Sequence record: MK250021.1
Length of the DNA stretch: 64,000 bases
Direction: 5' to 3' (one strand)
Made by a program: the position numbers and the translations under genes. Positions 12,708 through 23,511 of the stretch are shown one piece after another. A model generated the notes under the pieces. The model had not been told where the DNA came from. It searched no databases and was given only the letters and a program-made list of their open reading frames with translations. Every line of letters begins with the position of its first letter. The stretch's first letter is position 1.

Positions 12708-13103
12708 ATGACATATTTTCAAAATTTAGTTACAAACGAAATATTTGAATGGTTATTGAATAATAAATTTCCTGCTGTCATATGTTTTTATAATCATGGA
12801 AAGGAACAACTTTATTATACATTACCATATACAGATCCAAATTGGCAAAATTGCGATGCTTATTATAAACCAACATATTTTGATGTATTACATTGGTTAT
12901 TTAAAGAATATAATTTATATATCAATATAAATTCATATAATAATAAATTTTCAGTTCAAATTGAATATTTAACTAATCAGAAAAATAAGTATTTTGGTAA
13001 TTGCTGGGAAATTGGAGCGAATTGTAAAACTATTGAAGATTGTATTAAATCTGCAATAGAATATATTATTAAATGTGATATTTTAAATAAAATTAAATCA
13101 TGA
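12708..13103 (+). CDS. Hypothetical protein
   Basis: 131-aa ORF, operon packing. Confidence 0.75.
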   Translation: MTYFQNLVTNEIFEWLLNNKFPAVICFYNHGKEQLYYTLPYTDPNWQNCDAYYKPTYFDVLHWLFKEYNLYININSYNNKFSVQIEYLTNQKNKYFGNCWEIGANCKTIEDCIKSAIEYIIKCDILNKIKS

Positions 13104-13288
13104 AATATATTAGAAAAGGACATATAGTAATATGTGACAATTGCGGTGCACATGTTCTCATTGAAAGTAAAAAGAAAGATACTCATATGGACCATAATTG
13201 GAATCATACAAAGTATCTTCGTTATTTTACTTGTCCATGTTGTGGTGATGAAGTATATGCAGAATATCCTGAAGATGATCAAAATTAA
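13100..13288 (+). CDS. Small Zn-ribbon protein
   Basis: CDNC...CPCC; ATGA overlap with the previous gene. Confidence 0.7.
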   Translation: MKYIRKGHIVICDNCGAHVLIESKKKDTHMDHNWNHTKYLRYFTCPCCGDEVYAEYPEDDQN

Positions 13289-13827
13289 GTTAATGGTGAA
13301 AATAATTCTTTTTGCTCATTAATATATTTTTTAGCTTCTGGTAAATTATCAAATAATATATCATTCTCATCAGGTTGACAATATACCATATTACCATTAT
13401 CTTCTATTATATAGATTACACCAAATGGGTCTACCATCTGAGATGGTTCAATAGGTTTACTAAATATTATTTTCCTGATAGAATTATCAACGATAACATA
13501 ATATACATTTGCATTTGCGTCTATATTATCAGACCATTTACCTATGTAATTTATTTTATCATCATATGATGAAAGATTATTATCCATTATATTATCGCCA
13601 AAAAATGATGCAAGATAATTATTATTTTGATTTACCTTATCTTGATTATCTCTTATTAGAAATTCAGATGTTAAATTAATTGACGACTTATGATCATCTG
13701 GTATAAATATACCACCTATTACAATATCATCAAACTCATCTGAATCTTCTGTAGGATTTAACATCATATCACCTATATTTTTTAATTTTGGAATATATTT
13801 ATGTTGAAGTTTGTAAGTATATTTCAT
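13285..13827 (-). CDS. Hypothetical protein
   Basis: 180-aa ORF, convergent with the previous gene. Confidence 0.7.
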   Translation of the reverse strand: MKYTYKLQHKYIPKLKNIGDMMLNPTEDSDEFDDIVIGGIFIPDDHKSSINLTSEFLIRDNQDKVNQNNNYLASFFGDNIMDNNLSSYDDKINYIGKWSDNIDANANVYYVIVDNSIRKIIFSKPIEPSQMVDPFGVIYIIEDNGNMVYCQPDENDILFDNLPEAKKYINEQKELFSPLT

Positions 13828-13863
13828 TTAATTTTAATTAATAATCTTTAAATATTTATTATA

Positions 13864-14160
13864 ATGACAATAACATATACAGCGTTCGATGGTAAAATCT
13901 TCGATAATAAAGAAGATTGCGAAAATTATGAAGATAAATTGAAATTACTTAGTGGCACTTATGATATACTTGATAAAATATTAAATAAACTTTATGGATA
14001 TAAAGGTACTCTTTGGATTTGTGAAGAAAAAAATGAAATTGAACCACATTGTGGACAAGAATTACCAGGTCCAGGTGATATATTATGTACAATTAATAAT
14101 GAAGATTTAAATACATTATTTGTTATAAAGGGCTTACTTGAAAAATATAAAATTAAGTAA
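13864..14160 (+). CDS. Hypothetical phage protein
   Basis: 98 aa; N-terminal Y.AFDGK.F...EDCE.YE motif typical of small phage proteins. Confidence 0.7.
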   Translation: MTITYTAFDGKIFDNKEDCENYEDKLKLLSGTYDILDKILNKLYGYKGTLWICEEKNEIEPHCGQELPGPGDILCTINNEDLNTLFVIKGLLEKYKIK

Positions 14161-14162
14161 TA

Positions 14163-14705
14163 ATGAAAACAGCAAGGCAAGTTATAGATAAAATTAAAAA
14201 TCTATATATACAATGGTATAAAACGACATTATTTGATTCTACATCTCAAATGGGAATAAATGAACATAATGAATTAGTGGAGTATTCAAAACAACATGTT
14301 CATAATTTTAGTATAGCAATGATGGAATTACTTGAACATCCAGATGATATGAATTATCATATTCCTGTAATTTGTTGTTATATACTTCAAGAAGATTTTA
14401 TTAAATTATATGAAAATAAAAAAGATAAATTACCATTAGATGATGATTATCGTTGGGATGAATGTAATTTATGGTTAAATTATTTCAAATTAACAAAAAA
14501 TATTGATTATTATAAAAAGTTTAAAGAATATAAAAAATATATTACAGAGAACTTTAAACTATTTAATCCATTTACAGATAAAGATCCAAATATTACATAT
14601 GAAGAATATCTTAAGAAATGCGAAGATATTGATTCAGTAAATAAGTTTACAACTAAATTACGTAAAGATAATAATACAAAATTAGTATATGAATACAAGA
14701 AATGA
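14163..14705 (+). CDS. Hypothetical protein
   Basis: 180-aa ORF, operon packing. Confidence 0.75.
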   Translation: MKTARQVIDKIKNLYIQWYKTTLFDSTSQMGINEHNELVEYSKQHVHNFSIAMMELLEHPDDMNYHIPVICCYILQEDFIKLYENKKDKLPLDDDYRWDECNLWLNYFKLTKNIDYYKKFKEYKKYITENFKLFNPFTDKDPNITYEEYLKKCEDIDSVNKFTTKLRKDNNTKLVYEYKK

Positions 14706-15039
14706 ATTAAAAAAAATAATGAATGATTCTTTAAAACAAAATAATATCATTGATAAACAAGAGATACCAAATGTAACAATACTTCCAGATTTATCAGATC
14801 CATCAGAATATAAACGATGGTTTAATATGGGTCCTAAAGAAGCATTGGTAAATCTTCAAAAATATGTGGATTTGAACAAGAAAGATAATATTGATTTTAT
14901 TAAAGATTTCAATTATCTTTATACAAATGGTGGTATTTCTGGTTGGAGTAAAATACCATATAAAACATTCTATAACATTATTTATGGTAAACAAAGAGTA
15001 GATTTCAATGGTAATTTAACAGGTGATGAAAATAGTTAA
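14689..15039 (+). CDS. Hypothetical protein
   Basis: 116-aa ORF overlapping both neighbours by 17 nt. Confidence 0.7.
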   Translation: MNTRNELKKIMNDSLKQNNIIDKQEIPNVTILPDLSDPSEYKRWFNMGPKEALVNLQKYVDLNKKDNIDFIKDFNYLYTNGGISGWSKIPYKTFYNIIYGKQRVDFNGNLTGDENS

Positions 15040-15364
15040 ACATATTACTGAAGAACCTGAATATACTGCAGTTAAATTAATAACAACTGATTGTTTAGGA
15101 ATTATCCAATATAGTTTTAATGATAAAGATAATTATGTTTATATTTATAGTTTTTCAGTAGAGAACCATAATAGAGGTAAACATATAGGAACAGAATTAT
15201 TTGAATATTGTTTAAATGAAATAAATTCATTAGATAAGAAAGAGATTCATTTAACAGTTAATAAGAATAATATTCAATTAATTAATTTTTATAAACGATA
15301 TGGATTTATAGTAGTTAATGATAATTATGAAGAATATTATGTTTATATGAAGTTAAATCTCTAA
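15023..15364 (+). CDS. GNAT family acetyltransferase
   Basis: FSVENHNRGKHIGTELF (motif A) and VNKNN...FYKRYGF. Confidence 0.85.
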   Translation: MMKIVKHITEEPEYTAVKLITTDCLGIIQYSFNDKDNYVYIYSFSVENHNRGKHIGTELFEYCLNEINSLDKKEIHLTVNKNNIQLINFYKRYGFIVVNDNYEEYYVYMKLNL

Positions 15365-15560
15365 TTCATTTAATTATTTTTGAAATTAATTTAGATAAAT
15401 AATATAAGAAATATGTTTAAGAATTTGGCGATTGGTTTAAACTATTTTTATAATTTAGAATATAATATATAATTAAAGATATTTATAAATCGTTTATATT
15501 AATAATTTGTATCAATCGCCAATTTTTATACAAATTAAAATATAAACGATTTTTTATTAT

Positions 15561-16691
15561 ATGATAAAGTCTATTAAAATACGAATATATCCTGATACTG
15601 TTTAGAAAGAATTCATTTCTAAATAGTTAGGTTGTTGTCGATTTATATATAATAAATTATTGGATTATAAGAAAACTTAGTATGAACAAAATAAGCAACA
15701 GATTTCTTGGAAAGAGTTAGGTAAATATTTGACTAATCTAAAGAAACAAAAAAAATATTTATTTCTAAATGAAATATATAATGTATGTTTATAGCAATCT
15801 ATAATGGATATGATTAAAGCATATGATAATTTCTTTAAATTACATAAAGGTTATCCTAAATTCAAATCTAAAAAAGATACTAAGCAAAGTTGTAGATTTA
15901 CAAATCAAATATTTAAAAAATCTAATAAAATAAATGGTAATAGGATAACATTAATAAAGCAGTTAAAGAATATATTATTTAAATGCTCAAGAAAAGATGA
16001 GATATATTTAAATCATAATCAAGATAAAATTCATTCTGTTACTCTTATTAAAACATCTACAAACAAATATTATCTATCAATATGTATTGATTATGATATT
16101 GTTTAGAAAAAGGAATTAAATAGTGTAATAGGATTAGATTTAGGAATAAAAGATTTTATTGTTGATTCAAATGGTAATAGATATGAGAATAAACATTTTT
16201 ATAAGAGTCAAGAAAAGAAATTAAAAAAATTATAGAAGTAGTTAAGCAAGAAATAGAAAGGAAGTAATAATAGGAATAAAGTTAGAATTAAAATTGCAAA
16301 AGTTCATGAGAAGATAACAAATCAACGTAATGCGTATTTACATCAAATCACTTCAAAATTAGTTAATGAGAACCAAGTTATCTGTATTGAAGATTTAAAT
16401 GTAAATGGAATGATGTCTAATCATAAACTTGCTAAATCTATTCAAGAGTTATCTTTATTTGAATTTAGACGACAACTTGAATATAAATGTAAATTGTATG
16501 GTAGAGATTTAGTTATAATAGATAGATTCTATCCTTCATCTAAAACATGTCATAATTGCGGATATATTTATAAAAATTTAAAATTAAGTGAACGTGAATG
16601 GATATGTCCACAATGTGGTAAAGTTATAGATAGAGATTATAATGCTTCTTTAAATATTTTAGATGGTGGATTAAAACAAATAAATTTATAA
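15561..16691 (+). CDS. tnpB: RNA-guided endonuclease TnpB (IS200/IS605/IS1341 type), 376 aa, intact under code 15
   Basis: KSIKIRIYP, LGCCRFIYN, YPKFKSKK, GLDLGIKD, IEDLNV, SSKTCHNCG..WICPQCG..DRDYNASLNI; 8 in-frame TAGs at Gln-type positions (L*K*LSKK*KGSNN). Confidence 0.92.
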
Positions 16692-16699
16692 TCAATATA

Positions 16700-16830
16700 A
16701 TATATTAAATAGGGTTGAGTTTTACCGAATTTACGCTTGTGGAGATACCAACTATGGATGACTAAATTGCATTTTATGTAATTATACTAAAAAGTAGTGT
16801 GTCTATGAAACAAGAAACACAGGTTTTTAA
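16700..16830 (+). ncRNA. Putative TnpB omega-RNA scaffold / IS right end
   Basis: GC-richer GGGTTGAG..CCGAATTTACGCTTGTGGAG..CCAACTATGGATGAC..AAAAAGTAGT..TGAAACAAGAA directly after tnpB; ends are approximate. Confidence 0.6.
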
Positions 16831-16853
16831 AAATATAATTTAAAACTAAAACT

Positions 16854-17000
16854 ATGAACATTGAAAAAGCGTTAAGAAATTTAAAGAAAGTAAAAAATGA
16901 AATGGAAATAGAATGTTTATATAAAACTAATGTTGAATATAAAGCACGTCCATGGATGGAACTTATTGGTGATGCTATTTCTTTTCTTGATGGTGATTAA
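16854..17000 (+). CDS. Small hypothetical protein, 48 aa
   Basis: MNIEKALRNLKKVKNEMEIECLY... Confidence 0.55.
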   Translation: MNIEKALRNLKKVKNEMEIECLYKTNVEYKARPWMELIGDAISFLDGD

Positions 17001-17030
17001 AAATAATTAATAAAAATTAATAGAAATTAA

Positions 17031-17354
17031 ATGATAGATCCAAGTTATACATTATATCCGGAAGTTGCAGATGCTACAAATTTATATTTTCATGATGAGC
17101 CTTATGCTTATTGGGTTGAAAATATGAATTATAATTTTTGTAATTGGGTTTTATATAAAGAATATAATAATTATAGTTCTGTATGTAACCCTAATGATTG
17201 CATTGCAGGCATAAGCTATGAGGAAGTAATAGATGAGTTAAAAAATTCATGGTCATATAGAGATCAAGATAGAGAAATGTTAATTCGTACATTTAGACAA
17301 CGTTCATTAGGTGATACTGAATATAATTTTGAAGACTTTATAGATGAAGATTAA
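17031..17354 (+). CDS. Hypothetical protein
   Basis: 107-aa ORF. Confidence 0.75.
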   Translation: MIDPSYTLYPEVADATNLYFHDEPYAYWVENMNYNFCNWVLYKEYNNYSSVCNPNDCIAGISYEEVIDELKNSWSYRDQDREMLIRTFRQRSLGDTEYNFEDFIDED

Positions 17355-17381
17355 TTTAATTACAGTACATCCCTACTGGAA

Positions 17382-17447
17382 ATAAAAATAACGTGAAAAT
17401 TCTTAAGTTTTTCTTAAAAATTCTTAAGTTTTTCACGTTATTTTTAT
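17382..17447. terminator. Bidirectional terminator with an 18-nt direct repeat spanning the loop
   Basis: ATAAAAATAACGTGAAAA/TTTTCACGTTATTTTTAT arms; AAAATTCTTAAGTTTTTC occurs twice. Confidence 0.75.
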
Positions 17448-17462
17448 ATATTTTTATATGTT

Positions 17463-19379
17463 TTATGAATTGTTTACTATTTTCTCAACTTCTTCTCGCT
17501 TCTTATTTGAAACTATCCATCCAGGAGTCTTAACACCATTGATATTCAAGAATTTATTATATTTACAACCTATTTCTTTTAACTGATCTTTAATAGGTGC
17601 AATATCTTTATAATCTCCATATATAGCAATAGCTCTATCTGAATAATCATAAATATGAACATTACTATTATTAACTGGTTTTTCTTCAACAGGTTCTGAA
17701 GCAACTTTCTTTGGTCTTCCCCTACGTTTCTTTATTGCAGAATCAATAGAAGTTGTTTCATCATCTTTTACGACTCTTACTTTTTTCTTTTCTTCTTTTT
17801 GTTTTGCTTTAAGTTCTGCTTTTAATCGTTTAGCTTCTTCCTTTCGCTCTTCAATTATCTTTGCTCTACGTTCTTCTACCGGTTTAACAATAGTATCACG
17901 CATTGTAACAGTTCCACCTTTTTCCATCTTGAATGATGTATGGTCTAACCATTTACAAAATGCAGAATACGTCTTATATTCATCTTTAATACTTAATCTC
18001 TTCATAATAGTATAAGAGATAAATTTATCACCAAGAGATTTAATATATATAGTCCAATTATTTCCAAAATATGTTTGTTTTTCTTTAAGATATTTCAAAC
18101 AATTCTGTTTCATCAATTCATCATCCTCTGCTTTATCTGATGCTTTAAGATTAACCTTATCTATATTTGATTTATTTCTAATTAATTCATTTGAAGATGT
18201 TTCATTTGATGGTTCCACATATTCATGATGTGGTCCTTTCTTTTCATAATAGCAATCTAAAAACCAATCTTTAGATGTTAATATGGTTTTCCATTGTGGC
18301 TTAGTAGGTTTCCATCTTCTACAATTAGCTGCGAATTTATATGGTCCTAATTGAATCCATATACCAGCACCTTTACCAGGAAATCCACCAGCAACAAAAT
18401 CTAATTTAGGTAATATATCCATTGACAAGCCTTCAAATGACATATAAGGTAAAACTCTCCAAGGCCATATTTCGGTTCTAAACCATATTTTATCACATTT
18501 CGGTAAACCAACAAAATTTATTTTCTTACCTATATTATCTAATTCCTGATATGGTTCTTGCTTTGAACGCTCATCTCGTAACTCCATTTGAATATCATAA
18601 TTTCCATCGGGTAATCCTATAAAATTATATGTTTTTGGTAAACCTTGATATGTATAAGTATTATTTCTGAATGTATCATTTACTTTTTTTATAAATGAAT
18701 AATCATTCATATTAAAACATTCTTGTAATCCAATACCATCAGCGGATATAATCTCTACAGAATCATCTATCCAACATCTCAATAAGTCTACTGAAACTTT
18801 TGGTTTCGTGTTAGCATACCATGTATTTGAATTATATACAGTTTCAAATAATTTCTTTTCTTTTATTTTATCACCATCAATACGAAGGTTCTTTGGATAA
18901 ATTCCTTTTAATCCAATACTGTCAAAATTTATATTCTTTAAATCCAATACATTTGATTTAGCTTCATCTGATTTTGTATCACCAAATCTACCTATTTCTA
19001 CATTAAATCTCATCAAAACGTTATTAATGCTATATTCTTCTAATTCATCAATAAATTTTTGTGCGCATTCCAATGTATTAAATGAAACATATGTAAGATA
19101 ATATTTTGGATTGTCTTTTTCACTTGTATTATAATAAAATGCAACTGTATCATTATCAACGTCAGCATATACATGTTTATCATTTTCAACACATCTTGTA
19201 TATAAGCCTCGTCTTGCACTAAATGTTTGATCAGTTAAATATTGTTCAATCCATTTAAGCATATTTTTACTCATATTATTAAGCATGTTAGATGTTTCAT
19301 TATCATCTGTTGTACCTATTACATCATCAAAATCATCATCGAACAAACTTTCTACCAAACGTTTAATTCCTTTATTCAT
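17463..19379 (-). CDS. 638-aa protein with AT-hook (KRRGRPKK) and C-terminal YSDRAIAIYGD..GW domain
   Basis: Uninterrupted ORF with no TAG; charged helical linker, AT-hook and a small C-terminal domain. Confidence 0.8.
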   Translation of the reverse strand: MNKGIKRLVESLFDDDFDDVIGTTDDNETSNMLNNMSKNMLKWIEQYLTDQTFSARRGLYTRCVENDKHVYADVDNDTVAFYYNTSEKDNPKYYLTYVSFNTLECAQKFIDELEEYSINNVLMRFNVEIGRFGDTKSDEAKSNVLDLKNINFDSIGLKGIYPKNLRIDGDKIKEKKLFETVYNSNTWYANTKPKVSVDLLRCWIDDSVEIISADGIGLQECFNMNDYSFIKKVNDTFRNNTYTYQGLPKTYNFIGLPDGNYDIQMELRDERSKQEPYQELDNIGKKINFVGLPKCDKIWFRTEIWPWRVLPYMSFEGLSMDILPKLDFVAGGFPGKGAGIWIQLGPYKFAANCRRWKPTKPQWKTILTSKDWFLDCYYEKKGPHHEYVEPSNETSSNELIRNKSNIDKVNLKASDKAEDDELMKQNCLKYLKEKQTYFGNNWTIYIKSLGDKFISYTIMKRLSIKDEYKTYSAFCKWLDHTSFKMEKGGTVTMRDTIVKPVEERRAKIIEERKEEAKRLKAELKAKQKEEKKKVRVVKDDETTSIDSAIKKRRGRPKKVASEPVEEKPVNNSNVHIYDYSDRAIAIYGDYKDIAPIKDQLKEIGCKYNKFLNINGVKTPGWIVSNKKREEVEKIVNNS

Positions 19380-19441
19380 AATTTAAATTATAATTAAAAA
19401 TTCACATTTTATTATTTATTAAAAAAGGGTAACAATTAGTT

Positions 19442-20626
19442 TTATCTAACTGTACCCTTACCAAATGTTTTATTAATTTCTCGTTTAATATCTGTAATCG
19501 TATTCTTTATATAATCCTTATCATATTGTAAAATGTAATCTTTAAATCTACTTCCATTATACTTATATCCTTTAAGTTCATGAAATAGTTGCAAGACTTC
19601 ATTTAATATATATGTATAATTTTCATCATTATAACATTTCAATACATCATAAATCCTTTGTTTAATATCACTAAACTATTTCTTTAATATATAAAAATCA
19701 CCTTCTGTATTATGAATCATTCTATTAATACCTTTTGTAGTATAACCATTTGATATAAGTAATGCTCTATCAGTTAATGTATTATACTTATTATATGGTG
19801 ATCTGATTTTTAAATTTAAAACTGTATTGAAATTTGTATCTGATTTTTGTCCTAATTTCTTAAATGTTCCATCATTATTAAATTCGCAATCAATAGCTAT
19901 AGGTGCTGGCATTACATATGTTTTGAAATATTCAGCTTCACCTGTTTCTGCATTACAGAAATAAAAGAAAAATACAGTAGTAATATTTCTAAGATTTGTT
20001 TGACATTTATTTTCTTTTACTTCCAACTATCGCATATCATTAAGAATCTAATCAATACCTTTCATTGCATTGTTAACTTTACCTTTAAATGTATTATCAT
20101 CGAAGAAACTACATAAAACAGATTTAACCTCTATATATGTTTCATCTCCATTAGGCTAAGTTAACTTAATATCTGGACATTCATTTCTTCCATTTGGTTC
20201 ATGCTCAATTTTATATCCAATGTTTTCAGGAAATATACAGTGCATTATATGTTCAGAAGCAGAATGACATAAATTCATAAGTAACGAATCTGTATATACA
20301 ACCTTATTATCTTTGGACATAAACTATGTTAATGTTCCTCTGAAAGTTATCTTATTTGAATCTTTATTAGTAACAGTAAAAATAGGATCTTCTAAACCAA
20401 ATGTCATATAATTATCATCTGTATATTCATGAATATCATTATATAACATATAGAACTATCGTATATACTCATCATCTGTAGAGTATTCCAACCACTACTT
20501 AATACTGTCTTCCAAATCATTAGCGACAAAAATACTATCATCCAATGATGATAGAAACTATCGTCTTTCTTCAGGATTATTAATACATTTCAGAATACGC
20601 TACGGACTTTTTGATTTGTTACTCAT
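19442..20626 (-). CDS. PD-(D/E)XK restriction-endonuclease-like protein, 394 aa (code 15)
   Basis: ATG 20626, joins track ORFs 19676-20026 and 19442-19642; HEPNGRNECPDIKLT*PNGDETYIEVKS. Confidence 0.65.
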
Positions 20627-20673
20627 TTATAAATTTTGATTAATTTTATTATGATTATTATAAATCAAATCTT

Positions 20674-21030
20674 TTAAAAAGTTTTATTAAAATTAATCAA
20701 ATTCTCTGTTATATTAATATATGTTTCTCCTTTATGGATTGAATCGTTAAATCCATATTCATCTCTTAATTGTTTACCGAATTTATCTTGTAAATATAAT
20801 TTAACATTCAAATTCAATACATCGTCATTATCATCAGAAGTTAATACATATACTTCATTAAATTTCAATACAATAGGAATCTCTATATGGTCTTCTCCTA
20901 TAACTATATTAAATTTTGTTAACTAATATTTCTTTATATTATTCTTTATTCGTATAACAAAATTATTATTATAAGACTATTCTTTCTATGTATTATTTAG
21001 ACAATTTTTAAATAACGTAATCAAATTCAT
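20674..21030 (-). CDS. Hypothetical protein, 118 aa (code 15)
   Basis: ATG 21030, in frame with track ORF 20674-20868 through TAGs. Confidence 0.65.
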
Positions 21031-21063
21031 TTTTTAACTTAACTATCAATTTATAAAAAATAT

Positions 21064-22110
21064 TTATTTCTAATTAATTAAATAATTAATAATATGTTTA
21101 AAATATAGTTTATCTAATTTCTTAATTAAATATGATAATAGTTCATTATAATCTTTTACTTTTATTTTATACATATTATTAAATATCTTTAAATAATATT
21201 CATTAAACATACTTTTCTACTATTCAGATAAATCTAAACAGAAATTTAATCTCATATATAACCAATAATATTCATTATAAATCTCAGAATATTTACATAA
21301 ATCACTACGTTTATGTAATTCTATTTCATCTTCTATTTTATTAAACTATCCTATTGTATTTTCTATTCTTGCTTGAACTTCAGATTTATTTAGTAAATAT
21401 GCATTACTTATAAGATATTTAAATACATCTCCAACTAATACATGTTTCATCTAAAACTATTTCTGTGGATCTATATTATTATTTAATATTAATTTTTTAT
21501 TATTTGTATTTACTACCGAATCATATCTCTAACTATATAAAATATCTGAATTTAAATCAGCTTCTGATATTTTCGTTATATACATATCATATATATGTTT
21601 TAACTCATGTAATATAACATAATATATGTCAAAATTATTATCATTTAAATCAACACAATTAATATATATTGAAACATTATTAACTTTATCATTTTTTATT
21701 GTAAACGGACACGAATATACATTTATGTTATTTGTATCAATAACATAACTATTATACTTATTTCTTGATATTATACATGAATCATTCTAATTTTCAAATA
21801 TATCAGAAACATATATAGTAATATCATTAATCCATTTTGTACATTTACTTAAATCTATATAATAACGTTTAAAATATAATTCACCATCTAATCTTGTATC
21901 ATAATCTAATCCAGATTTTAAATCTTTTATTATTTCATCCGATACTTCCTTTATAATATTTTCATATTCTTTATTACCAAATTCTATTTTACCATATGAT
22001 TCTCTTAATACATATAAATCATGTAAAGATATATTTTTTATTTTCTATGGTGTAAATCTTTCACTTATTAACCCTAAATATATTTGTTTTGATGATTCTA
22101 TAAAATACAT
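21064..22110 (-). CDS. HExxH zincin-like protein, 348 aa (code 15)
   Basis: Missed by the track; VILHELKHIYD and YLLNKSEVQARIE; TAA at 21064-21066. Confidence 0.7.
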
Positions 22111-22155
22111 AATAATTTAAATAGTTTACTTATTTAAATAATTCACTTATTCTGT

Positions 22156-23511
22156 TCAAAAATATGAACAACATATATATGATTTGTGTGAAGTGAATCT
22201 AGAAAACTATAGATTAAACTAATCTATAGAAAGTCGATATTTAAGTTTCGACTTTTTGAAGAAGTAATATAGTTCAATTAAATCCTTATATGTAGGTTGT
22301 AACTTAAATTCTTCCAACGACTTAAGATACAACTTATTAAACATACTTAAACTAGGTCTCACTATATTCTTTTTAATATCTTTGGTTTTACTTATATATT
22401 GATTATAAAACTCATATCCTCTACGACCTATCTCTATTGACGCTAATACCATATCAGGTAAATTTAATGACCGATATAAGAAATTACCAATAAAACTTGA
22501 ATATTCAGGTTTAACCTTTAATAACTTTATATTGAAGATATTACAACGTTTAGTTAAATTATTAATTAACGTATTCCTACACCATGAATTATTCACCAAC
22601 TTATTATATCGCTTACCTTTATCTAAATCTTTTGATTTAATATTTAAATCTTCAATAGAAATAATCTGACATTTATAATATATTGCTTTATTAATTAAAT
22701 TCTTTACTATCTATATAGTCTCAAAATTCCTTTTATTACTTATATATTTTCTTTCATTAGATTCAGAACTATACCCTTTATTCTTTAAATTAAAATCTTT
22801 ATCATTTAACTTTTTAATAGAATAAATACCAGATTTAACTACATCAAATTCTGATTCTGATTTCCAATTAACAATACTCCATCCTATATAATTAGGATTC
22901 AAATCCAATGAGAGAACTCTATTCTTTATGAATTTAGTTTCATAATTATAAATATCAGTTTCTTCAAATATTATATAAATATAGTCTAAATCTAATTTAT
23001 ACGCAATCTTTATTTCTTTCCTTTCTTGTTTCTAATATAATTTAGATAGTATTTGTTTACGTTTATTTAGTCCTATAAGTTGTAAATTTATTTTAGTAGA
23101 TTTATTAGGTTTAAAAGTAATATTTTCTAAATCTTGTTCTATATGAAATTTCCTATTTGCCTTAATACCTTTATTAACCACTTCACCTATTGAATATATA
23201 GATGATAATCTTTTCTATTTAAACTATTTATTAGATATTTTACTTTTTAATCTATCAAAATAATTTTTCTTTCCACCAAATATTACCTTATCTTTCTTTG
23301 GTATATCATAAAAACTACATTGAATAAACCAACTATCTAATAAATCTACATTATTTAACTATTTAAGTTGCTATTTTATATCTTTCTATAATTTACCTTC
23401 CTATATTCTATTATATACAAAATGCTATACAGAACTATATTGTCTCATATAATCCTGTATAATATCTAATGACTAATCATCTGTTTGATATTTAATCTTC
23501 AATACTTGCAT
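22156..23511 (-). CDS. tnpB: TnpB-related RuvC nuclease lacking the Zn finger, 451 aa (code 15)
   Basis: VIFGGKK, RuvC-I SLDLNPNYIG, RuvC-II ISIEDL, VKPEYSSFIG, RuvC-III PDMVLASIEIGRRG; about 12 TAGs; TGA at 22156-22158. Confidence 0.8.

Noticed and set aside
16834-16846. TATAATTTAAAAC in the putative tnpB1 guide region resembles the shared 21-nt element
   Set aside because: Only 11/13 identity in extremely AT-rich DNA; not distinguishable from chance by eye
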